From contig NC_134029.1 of assembly GCF_964204645.1 (NCBI RefSeq), positions 11,496,850 to 11,560,849 on the forward strand: DNA of 64,000 nt. The letters run 5' to 3'. The position numbers were made by a program, and so were the translations under genes. Below the pieces are notes generated by a model. The model made no database searches. It had not been told where the DNA came from and worked only from the letters and a program-made list of their open reading frames with translations. The DNA is from Tubulanus polymorphus (taxonomy: Eukaryota > Animalia > Nemertea). Of the stretch, positions 52,418 to 64,000 are shown in pieces. The first letter of the stretch is position 1; each line of letters starts with the position of its first letter.

Positions 52418-54350
52418 CTGGAGGATCCAAACCCAAACTGATATTTGTTGACAAGACCGGCGCATGCGCAGATCATATCTAGACGTAAACAACCCGCGTA
52501 TCAGCACGAAGCGAATTAATTTTTCACAAGACCGGCGCATGCGTATGTACATTATGAGAATGCCGGTTTGCTAGCGTATCTATTTAACACCCGTATTGCT
52601 CGGGTTAGTTTTACTATCAACGGGTGGCGCTGTATGTAAATTTCACATAAATCAACGACTTTCGGCTATTAGCGGTACTTAAGACCACTTGAAAACATCA
52701 TAGTCAATTACGGTAGTAGTGAACATAAAAAGATACAGTACAAAGATACAGTAGCACCCATACCAGAGACATTTTGTTCAGACAAGGACTATTAGTTAAA
52801 CACTAATCTTCATTTTCAGCAATTAACGATCTGGTGAATTAATTAGTGATTCGGTCTTTCGGTGGTTCGAGATAAAATGCCCACAAAATAAGAACCTAAC
52901 GAACCAGGGGTGACCACAAATTGCCTAACAGATACATTTTCGAAACGACACAATCCAATCATGTTTGGTATCAAATGTGGCGTGGACCATGGTCTTTTAA
53001 CTGACCAATGCATGACCAGTACTGACCATATAGTAAATCATTTGTTTGCAAACAATTAAGTTGTTTGGTGTCAAATAACTAGATATGATGTGGGCATTAA
53101 TCTAAAAATTGTTTAACTGACCAATGCTTGACCAGTACAGACCAGTTACCAGTGCTAACCAGAACCCCCATAAGTAATTTATATGTTTAGTGAATCCTTC
53201 GTTAGTACAACTAGCTCTTACATTTAAATTTGTCGCTTGAAAAAGTCTTGTCCGATTTTTGTTGTAGGTAGCCAACTAACTTTGAAATTCCGCTAAAATG
53301 CATAAGATTTTTACGTAGGGTTTTGAACGAACAACGTTTCCATTTGTAATTGTAACGTGCGCATTTGAGCCTGTAACGTGCACATTTCACTCGCGTGAAC
53401 GTGCGTATCGGTACCAACATGCGAATCTTGTCAAACTTTTACGATCAAGACTTTTAAACTGAACAAAGAAGATATCATATCATATCATATATACATGAAT
53501 AGATGGAATGATAATGTAGTAGTTTGAAATGTTTCGTAGCTGCTGTCCACTGACCACAGATCAAAGCTAATTGCCTGATATGAAATATATTTTTGTTATA
53601 GAGATGTCGTAGATCAGTGAAAAATTCAAACTTATGGTTAATTTTGAGTGATCACAACGCTAACCAATAGAGAAAGCTGTAAGACCTAAGAAAAGATGCA
53701 TTAAGTCTAACATATCTTTCAATATAATGATGAAGTATTCAACTGGCCATCGCAACAATAGTTTGACTTATCTTATTGAAAAATACCGGAGTGTTAATGG
53801 GAAAACATTGAATTCGAAACAATTCCACACTCAATCGTTTACTTTGAAAACACAATTTGCATTTTGTGGACATGTATTTTTTTCTGCACCAAAAGCATGA
53901 AGTATAATATCTTTGATTGCTTGTAAAAATTTGAAATTTTGGCGAAGATTTTTGGCCTCGTTAACCTGTGAGCACGTCCTTCATATAGACCGACCCTTGA
54001 AATAATGCTGAGAGTTTCGAGGATAATTTTGGTAGGATGTAAACTTAGGCTGCTTCGTATCCGTGGAGGGTTGCTAATTATTGATTCTATACACAATAAT
54101 CATAAGTACCATGAGATTCGATAGAATCGTTTTTCAATCATACGTACACGAATTATCGCGATATAAAGATAAATAATATGTTCATATACTTTTTACGTCT
54201 TATACTGTATATTTCTTTAGTAGTATAAATAAAGAGTGGATCAGCAGGCCACCTGAGACCATTCCACGATCTAAGGTCAGTTGCCAAAAGTTAGTAAGTT
54301 TACCAGAGGATAGTTAACATTTATAATGACAATTAAATTTTCATTGCTAA

Positions 54351-57300
54351 AATAACTTTGTACTTGTTGACTCAAAAGCAGAGAATTGAAAAAACGATAA
54401 TACGATACGAAAACTCAGTGTACAAATTCAAAAAGATTATCTCTAGTGAGAGATCGAACGTTGTGTCGTAATTTTCTAATGATAAAACAAGGTTTGAAAT
54501 TTGAAATGTGTACATAGTTGATCTTTTTCAGTGTATTTAGTCATGTTTCATATTGGATGATGGTTAATTTAAACTATCTTTTGAGAAACGGGTCCCAGAG
54601 CTGTATCCTTTACTCCTGTAATAGAGGATGCAATCTATTTGCGACAAACAGCTAGTGCAAATAGCTAGAAAAGGTAACAATAGTGCATTGGCAAACTTAG
54701 AGCAAGCGCACATTGGTTGTTTAGGTTTTTCGAAGGGGAGAATTTGTGGGAAAATTAATCATTACTGAGATATATCCGTGGCGAGATTTTCCAGGGATTT
54801 AAAAAAAGTTGAGCTGTACACAAGGAATTTTCTGTAGTCCAATATCCGTGATTACCTCTGGCGTGGAGAGATACAATCTAAAACCCTAGAGTCAAATATT
54901 TTACCACAATTTTTTATGATCAATAAAAAGATTGAGTAATAGACATTCAAACAGTATTATCTAAATTCCACTCCATTTTAAACTCATTCATCTCTACACA
55001 AACTCCAACTTGTTGAACAGTCCACATTAAAATTAGGGACCACTATTCTTGCTCATCTACACTGGCTACCAATCTAACAAAGGATTAAATTTGAGTGTTT
55101 GATGTTATAACAATACCAGACTGAATTATGGATTCGGTTTCTACTTTTTACTTGAACATTTATATCACATATTGGGCATCATTTTTACCAGTATATATGG
55201 AATAACCTATCCATATATCATGTTCAATTTTATATAATCTGACTTTTGAGATGTCATTCAATAACTTTGTACTTGTTGACTCAAAAGCAGAGAATTGAAA
55301 ATACGATAATACGATACGAAAACTCAGTGTACAAATTCAAAAAGATTATCTCTAGTGAGAGATCGAACGTTGTGTCGTAATTTTCTAATGATAAAACATG
55401 GTTTGAAATTTGAAATGTGTACATAGTTGATCTTTTTCAGTGTATTTAGTCATGTATCATATCGGATGATGGTTAATTTAAACTATCTTTTGAGAAACGG
55501 GTCCCAGAGCTGTATCCTTTACTCCTGTAATAGAGGATGCAATCTATTTGCGACAAACAGCTAGTGCAAATAGCTAGAAAAGGTAACAATAGTGCATTGG
55601 CAAACTTAGAGCAAGCGCACATTGGTTGTTTAGGTTTTTCGAAGGGGAGAATTTGTGGGAAAATTAATCATTACTGAGATATATCCGTGGCGAGATTTTC
55701 CAGGGATTTAAAAAGTTGAGCTGTACACAAGGAATTTTCTGTAGTCCAATATCCGTGATTACCTCAGGCGTGGAGAGATACAATCTAAAACCCTAGAGTC
55801 AAATATTTTACCACAATTTTTTATGATCAATAAAAAGATTGAGTAATAGACATTCAAACAGTATTATCTAAATTCCACTCCATTTTAAACTCATTCATCT
55901 CTACACAAACTCCAACTTGTTGAACAGTCCACATTAAAATTAGGGACCACTATTCTTGCTCATCTACACTGGCTACCAATCTAACAAAGGATTAAATTTG
56001 AGTGTTTGATGTTATAACAATACCAGACTGAATTATGGATTCGGTTTCTACTTTTTACTTGAACATTTATATCACATATTGGGCATCATTTTTACCAGTA
56101 TATATGGAATAACCTATCCATATATCATGTTCAATTTTATATAATCTGACTTTTGAGATGTCATTCAATAACTTTGTACTTGTTGACTCAAAAGCAGAGA
56201 ATTGAAAATACGATAATACGATACGAAAACTCAGTGTACAAATTCAAAAAGATTATCTCTAGTGAGAGATCGAACGTTGTGTCGTAATTTTCTAATGATA
56301 AAACATGGTTTGAAATTTGAAATGTGTACATAGTTGATCTTTTTCAGTGTATTTAGTCATGTTTCATATTGGATGATGGTTAATTTAAACTATCTTTTGA
56401 GAAACGGGTCCCAGAGCTGTATCCTTTACTCCTGTAATAGAGGATGCAATCTATTTGCGACAAACAGCTAGTGCAAATAGCTAGAAAAGGTAACAATAGT
56501 GCATTGGCAAACTTAGAGCAAGCGCACATTGGTTGTTTAGGTTTTTCGAAGGGGAGAATTTGTGGGAAAATTAATCATTACTGAGATATATCCGTGGCGA
56601 GATTTTCCAGGGATTTAAAAAGTTGAGCTGTACACAAGGAATTTTCTGTAGTCCAATATCCGTGATTACCTCAGGCGTGGAGAGATACAATCTAAAACCC
56701 TAGAGTCAAATATTTTACCACAATTTTTTATGATCAATAAAAAGATTGAGTAATAGACATTCAAACAGTATTATCTAAATTCCACTCCATTTTAAACTCA
56801 TTCATCTCTACACAAACTCCAACTTGTTGAACAGTCCACATTAAAATTAGGGACCACTATTCTTGCTCATCTACACTGGCTACCAATCTAACAAAGGATT
56901 AAATTTGAGTGTTTGATGTTATAACAATACCAGACTGAATTATGGATTCGGTTTCTACTTTTTACTTGAACATTTATATCACATATTGGGCATCATTTTT
57001 ACCAGTATATATGGAATAACCTATCCATATATCATGTTCAATTTTATATAATCTGACTTTTGAGATGTCATTCAATAACTTTGTACTTGTTGACTCAAAA
57101 GCAGAGAATTGAAAATACGATAATACGATACGAAAACTCAGTGTACAAATTCAAAAAGATTATCTCTAGTGAGAGATCGAACGTTGTGTCGTAATTTTCT
57201 AATGATAAAACATGGTTTGAAATTTGAAATGTGTACATCGTTGATCTTTTTCAGTGTATTTAGTCATGTATCATATTGGATGATGGTTAATTTAAACTAT

Positions 57301-59797
57301 CTTTTGAGAAACGGGTCCCAGAGCTGTATCCTTTACTCCTGTAATAGAGGATGCAATCTATTTGCGACAAACAGCTAGTGCAAATAGCTAGAAAAGGTAA
57401 CAATAGTGCATTGGCAAACTTAGAGCAAGCGCACATTGGTTGTTTAGGTTTTTCGAAGGGGAGAATTTGTGGGAAAATTAATCATTACTGAGATATATCC
57501 GTGGCGAGATTTTCCAGGGATTTAAAAAGTTGAGCTGTACACAAGGAATTTTCTGTAGTCCAATATCCGTGATTACCTCTGGCGTGGAGAGATACAATCT
57601 AAAACCCTAGAGTCAAATATTTTACCACAATTTTTTATGATCAATAAAAAGATTGAGTAATAGACATTCAAACAGTATTATCTAAATTCCACTCCATTTT
57701 AAACTCATTCATCTCTACACAAACTCCAACTTGTTGAACAGTCCACATTAAAATTAGGGACCACTATTCTTGCTCATCTACACTGGCTACCAATCTAACA
57801 AAGGATTAAATTTGAGTGTTTGATGTTATAACAATACCAGACTGAATTATGGATTCGGTTTCTACTTTTTACTTGAACATTTATATCACATATTGGGCAT
57901 CATTTTTACCAGTATATATGGAATAACCTATCCATATATCATGTTCAATTTTATATAATCTGACTTTTGAGATGTCATTCAATAACTTTGTACTTGTTGA
58001 CTCAAAAGCAGAGAATTGAAAATACGATAATACGATACGAAAACTCAGTGTACAAATTCAAAAAGATTATCTCTAGTGAGAGATCGAACGTTGTGTCGTA
58101 ATTTTCTAATGATAAAACATGGTTTGAAATTTGAAATGTGTACATAGTTGATCTTTTTCAGTGTATTTAGTCATGTATCATATCGGATGATGGTTAATTT
58201 AAACTATCTTTTGAGAAACGGGTCCCAGAGCTGTATCCTTTACTCCTGTAATAGAGGATGCAATCTATTTGCGACAAACAGCTAGTGCAAATAGCTAGAA
58301 AAGGTAACAATAGTGCATTGGCAAACTTAGAGCAAGCGCACATTGGTTGTTTAGGTTTTTCGAAGGGGAGAATTTGTGGGAAAATTAATCATTACTGAGA
58401 TATATCCGTGGCGAAATTTTCCAGGGATTTAAAAAGTTGAGCTGTACACAAGGAATTTTCTGTAGTCCAATATCCGTAATTACCTCAGGCGTGGAGAGAT
58501 ACAATCTAAAACCATAGAGTCAAATATTTTACCACAATTTTTTATGATCAATAAAAAGATTGAGTAATAGACATTCAAACAGTATTATCTAAATTCCACT
58601 CCATTTTAAACTCATTCATCTCTACACAAACTCCAACTTGTTGAACAGTCCACATTGAAATTAGGGACCACTATTCTTGCTCATCTACACTGGCTACCAA
58701 TCTAACAAAGGATTAAATTTGAGTGTTTGATGTTATAACAATACCAGACTGAATTATGGATTCGGTTTCTACTTTTTACTTGAACATTTATATCACATAT
58801 TGGGCATCATTTTTACCAGTATATATGGAATAACCTATCCATATATCATGTTCAATTTTATATAATCTGACTTTTGAGATGTCATTCAATAACTTTGTAC
58901 TTGTTGACTCAAAAGCAGAGAATTGAAAATACGATAATACGATACGAAAACTCAGTGTACAAATTCAAAAAGATTATCTCTAGTGAGAGATCGAACGTTG
59001 TGTCGTAATTTTCTAATGATAAAACATGGTTTGAAATTTGAAATGTGTACATAGTTGATCTTTTTCAGTGTATTTAGTCATGTATCATATCGGATGATGG
59101 TTAATTTAAACTATCTTTTGAGAAACGGGTCCCAGAGCTGTATCCTTTACTCCTGTAATAGAGGATGCAATCTATTTGCGACAAACAGCTAGTGCAAATA
59201 GCTAGAAAAGGTAACAATAGTGCATTGGCAAACTTAGAGCAAGCGCACATTGGTTGTTTAGGTTTTTCGAAGGGGAGAATTTGTGGGAAAATTAATCATT
59301 ACTGAGATATATCCGTGGCGAGATTTTCCAGGGATTTAAAAAGTTGAGCTGTACACAAGGAATTTTCTGTAGTCCAATATCCGTGTTTACCTCTGGCGTG
59401 GAGAGATACAATCTAAAACCATAGAGTCAAATATTTTACCACAATTTTTTATGATCAATAAAAAGATTGAGTAATAGACATTCAAACAGTATTATCTAAA
59501 TTCCACTCCATTTTAAACTCATTCATCTCTACACAAACTCCAACTTGTTGAACAGTCCACATTAAAATTAGGGACCACTATTCTTGCTCATCTACACTGG
59601 CTACCAATCTAACAAAGGATTAAATTTGAGTGTTTGATGTTATAACAATACCAGACTGAATTATGGATTCGGTTTCTACTTTTTACTTGAACATTTATAT
59701 CACATATTGGGCATCATTTTTACCAGTATATATGGAATAACCTATCCATATATCATGTTCAATTTTATATAATCTGACTTTTGAGATGTCATTCAAT
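54351..59797 (+). repeat. Tandem array, six units of 907 bp (first unit 909 bp)
   Basis: Units start at 54351, 55260, 56167, 57074, 57981 and 58888; only scattered substitutions between copies. Confidence 0.97.
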
Positions 59798-62002
59798 CAA
59801 TGCGTTCACATGCGGTCGTCGCTTTCAATAGCCACCACGGACTGGCTCCTTATTATTTCTTTGGCGATACCATTGGCGGACGATCCCACACGTTTCTTGC
59901 TCCAGCCCTAGAATGCTCAATATTCGTCATGAACCCCGATTTGAATTTAAATTCAAAATACTCCTAAAACACACCTGTTAACTAGATTACTCTAAAACAC
60001 CTTTATGTGCAAGAATCAGTGAAATCGGCGCTTTATCAGTTGTATTCATCATTCGTACCCACGAATCTCGTATCGTATCCTATGAATGTGGAGACCCATC
60101 CTCGTAAAGAGAATGAATAGGCTCTGTTGCGTTCATATCATTTGATATGAGGCTACGTGTCATCTTCAATTGAAATCACGTTGTTTTTTTAAAGGGTGGG
60201 CGAGAATATATTCTTATGTTTTTGTTTCTCTGAATGTTGCTATTTAAGAGTTCAATAATTTCAGTCTACCAAACAAAGGATTTTCCGTATGTTTCGTGAC
60301 ATGTTTTTCCATAACCCTAGGAGAGCATTTTAGGTATTTTTTGCGGATGACCGAAAGCAGCTGTCCCTTTCTAGTAATTTGATGATATCCGTCGAAATCT
60401 AAATTCTAGAAAGGAATCAGGCATATCTTCTTGTTTGACTAAATATGAACTCAACAACAAGTGATACTCCCTTCAAAGGCGCCGAAGTAAAATCATGTGT
60501 CGAGTGGAGATGATATTGTGTCAGAATTTCTTCAAAATCGGAGAAAATTGAATATTTTGAAAATAATCATTTTACATGTATGTTTAAATCCGTTATAACT
60601 GGAGCAGTTTTCATGAAAAAATATCTATGGAAACAGCGAAATGTAATTAAGAAGAATACTATGTTTAAAAAGTTATCAAAGACATTTGAAAAAAAGTTTT
60701 CTGAATTCGTCAACTGTTATAAACTAGTAACAACCAGATGTGTTCCCATTAAACCACCGACCACGAGCCGAGTCGATGTGAGATGTGCCCTACACTGAAA
60801 ATCTCAAGTGCTATACAACCGGTTTTTTAGGTGCCTCTGAATGTCGGCCGTTAAAAAACTGAACCATTCCCATTTGGAAAGGGCCTAGGTAGTTAGAGAA
60901 AATTCAAGATGTGTATATCGTGTGATACAGGCTCCATATTTCATGTGCGCTTGGAATTTAACCTTGTTTATAACGAAACACGCATGTATTTATGTTATTT
61001 TAGATTTAAAAAGAGCGCACGAAACTGTTTCGTCAAGTTATTCATGCATTTTTGATTTATATGAATAGGCGTTTTTCGACGGTGTTGTCATATCGCGGAA
61101 AGACGGAATCGCGGAATTTTCCAAAAACGCGGAATTTCTTCATTTTTACTATAAATAGTAAACCGAATATATGCAGTTGCATAGATCTTTTTGTTTCGAC
61201 CCGCATGCGACAGTAAAAACGGTACTTGATATAATAAGTGAACTTCATCATTGATATTTTCACTAATCTACTTGAATTCCAAAAAAGAACTGACAATGAA
61301 AAAGGGTTACAGCTGTGACTGATATCACTCCAAATTTCAATTCCTATGAACACTTTTCATATAAAGAAAACGAAACAGTTTTTAGAGGCGAAGAATCCGC
61401 GTTACCATCGAATTTTCAAAACTTGAAGGAATGGTTAATGCCTCGGTGACCACTGGTCTAGTACGCGGTTTTCTGAAATGAAAGTGGCCAAGTCTAAAGA
61501 ACTATTGTATCACATGATTTCAAATATTAGGAACCCAATGCGTTTAATGATTTAATTAATTGGTATCGCGCAGATTGGTTGAAAGACGGGTGTTAGTCAC
61601 CTTGTGATTTAATTGTTTTTCATGCATCGATTAATTAATCTTATTATAACTTATTTGTAGGCGCTTCCCGCAAACATTTTCTAATCGTTGAGTTTTCAAA
61701 CGCAGTACTGTTCAGATGATTCGAGTCAAGTAGTAAAAGAGTTTATGTATTAGCATTACTATGCAGTGAAAATAACGCACTGCGGCAAGTGAGGTGCTGT
61801 GATCCAGATGTGTAACCCATTTATGGGTAATAAATTTCCATCATGTCAACGCCATTCAAAAACAGTTGCAAAACTTTCTGCTGGTTTCTAGAAATAACAA
61901 TACGACGACAAGCACTTTCGAATTCGACCACGATATTTGAGAAGTTTCACTTGGGCAGTGGTGGTCAGTGATGGTCAATTTATGAATTTTAATGGCGGAT
62001 CC

Positions 62003-63000
62003 TGTCAGATCAAACCGCAGAGGGGTGGTTCAGCAAACCGGAGTTTTCATTGGCCTCTCTCAGGGATGAGAATTCCCCGCGGATCCGCGGTTTCCCGCGG
62101 ATTTCAGTATTGAAAAATATCAATTTTCCAAATAGTCCAAAAATGATGTAAAAGTATGGGGGGGGGGGGTGATGATCTCACTCAATTGGTCCGGCGCGAT
62201 CGGTAATCAGGTGAACCGTAAAAGCGTTCAGTGCCTGTTTTACTTATCGTCACGTAAAAGTATCGCATTTCAATGCATATTCATTACAACACAGTGATTT
62301 TGTATGTACATTTGTACTACGATGAGTGTGTAGCCTATGTATTTTATCGATCGGTTGCAGACACGCACGCACAGCAACAGTAGTAACGTATATAGGTCTA
62401 CTTACTGTTGCTGCGTGTGTGTGGCGAACGCTTTCGGATATTATACACTACTTGGTGATGATTTTTAGTGAGCATTCATCGGCGCATTTTTACTGCAATA
62501 ATTCAGGGCTCGACCCGTAATGCATGAGATGCTGAATGTCATCAAATGAGGATGTACCACATTGGAACTAGCCATTACCTTCCAAAATATAATAGTCGTT
62601 CATGGGTTCAAGATCGCTCTAAGTGCTCGGAAAACGTATTTAATTTCTAAAATTTTCTTGGGGGAGGGCCCCCAAACCCCCCCCCCCCGAATTAGCTTCG
62701 CGCCTTCGGCGCTCGGTAGTGCTGACAGCTGGTTCGTGTATGTCACTCAAGAAAAATAACCCGCGGATTTTACAGGTCGGCGTTCTCATCCCTGCTCTCT
62801 AGACTACCCCGCCAGTACGGGTAGCCGAGCAAACCGGAAAACTCATAATGATGTACAGATGTCGACACTAATCATTCAGCTTATCATGTGACTTTGTAAC
62901 CTAGAGTTTTTTAGTTTGAATAAATGCGTAGGCCAGGATGGCTACGGATTACTAGAAACAAATCTTATTCTTTGAGGATTTGAAACATGGTGGCAGCGGG
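62003..63000 (+). mobile_element. Truncated Gypsy LTR + tRNA-Leu PBS, interrupted by a MITE
   Basis: TGTCAGATC...GATTTGAAACA with AATAAA, directly followed by TGGTGGCAGCGG at 62988. Confidence 0.6.
62061..62794 (-). mobile_element. MITE with 6-bp TSD, inverted copy of 8941-9664
   Basis: CAGGGATGAGAA / TTCTCATCCCTG; TSD CTCTCT. Confidence 0.9.
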
Positions 63001-63091
63001 TGAAACGATGGTACCCATATAATTCAACCGGTGTTGATGAACTTGAGACAGTTAACCGTTGTAAATGGATATTTGCCTGGACGTATCGGCC

Positions 63092-64000
63092 CGATTACGA
63101 TTACGATTACGATTACGATTACGATTTATTTACACTCCAACCATTTCCATGGTATATGGAGGAAAACTATTACACATGTATATACAAATATTTACAAAAC
63201 AACACTAAAGTGATTAAAATTTAGAGAATGAAAACGTAACGAAATATATATATATACATCAACTATTTACAATACTATATATACTATTATATACATCAAC
63301 TATTTACAATACTATATATACTATTGGAGGGATCTATATACATCTAAGCCGGTCTTAATGAATTTAGCTAAGTTGACCGTTGGGTTTTTCAGAATATCAA
63401 GGGTATTAAAGGTATTCAAATTCAAAAAGTTTTTGCGTTGTTCGTTAAGTAAGGTACAGTCAAACAGAAAATGGGATTCGTCACCTAAAGTATTACAAGT
63501 GGGGCATATTCTATCGGCTCTGTCTAAATGAAGGTTTGAAAATTTGTTCACAGGTAAAATATAGGACCCGACCCTAAATTCAAATAAACTAGTTCCTAAG
63601 TCATCACCAAGTTCTATTATATACTTCTCTAACCTAATATCATTTTTATATTGCCTAAAGTTAGTGTATATCGGATTAGTATTTATGGCAGATACAGTTT
63701 CTTGAAGGTGCTGGTCACGGAGTATCTGTTTTATTCGTTTTGAAAAAGATTTACTGTTAGTCATGAATTGCTGCGTCCAAATGCAGGACAAACCACAGTC
63801 ATCAAACGTTTTCTTTATATATGATAACCAAGGGCTCTTAAATTTATCCCTTAAAAATAAATTGAAAGATATTTTATAGAGTATTGAATTAAGTTTGGTT
63901 TGCTTTCCAGATACTGTTTTCACCCAAAAGTTAATCATCCTGCGTCTAACATCTATATTCAAAGGGTAACGTCCTAGCTCTGATAAAACTTGTAAGTTGC
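63092..64000 (-). mobile_element. 3' end of a non-LTR retrotransposon (RTE-X-like), running off the window
   Basis: Open ORF 63321->64000 with ELGRYPL..RMINFW and a C-terminal CPTC..GDESHFLFDC knuckle; AATAAA followed by a (TCGTAA)n tail. Confidence 0.85.

Noticed and set aside
54351-59797. CRISPR array, rDNA or histone repeat
   Set aside because: No unique spacers, no rRNA or histone sequence, eukaryotic context

Overview
AT-rich, repeat-dense eukaryotic (invertebrate metazoan-type) genomic DNA. The only host gene I can reconstruct is a minus-strand lipoxygenase: 12 GT-AG exons, phase-consistent, about 526 aa, from ATG 37307 to 12965. It has a PLAT domain, an intact HQxxxHxxxxH iron-binding helix and a Gly at the Coffa site (R-type). 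I could not find its last ~150 aa in the remaining 12.9 kb. Just upstream of its start codon is a nested stack: a TIR element containing a Bel/Pao LTR element (5-bp TSD), which contains a young, gag-less Ty3/Gypsy element (4-bp TSD) with a long chromo-like integrase tail. The Bel 5' LTR carries a 29-bp palindrome with a 7-bp TSD that looks like a P-type excision footprint. The rest comprises a degenerate piggyBac and TTAA MITEs, a CAGGG-ended MITE family with 6-bp TSDs, Harbinger-type MITEs, several Helentron/DINE-1/pearl-like families with 154-bp internal arrays, SINE/LINE remnants, two truncated Gypsy LTR+PBS relics and a six-copy 907-bp tandem array containing an L2 fossil. All calls were made by eye and are not database-verified.
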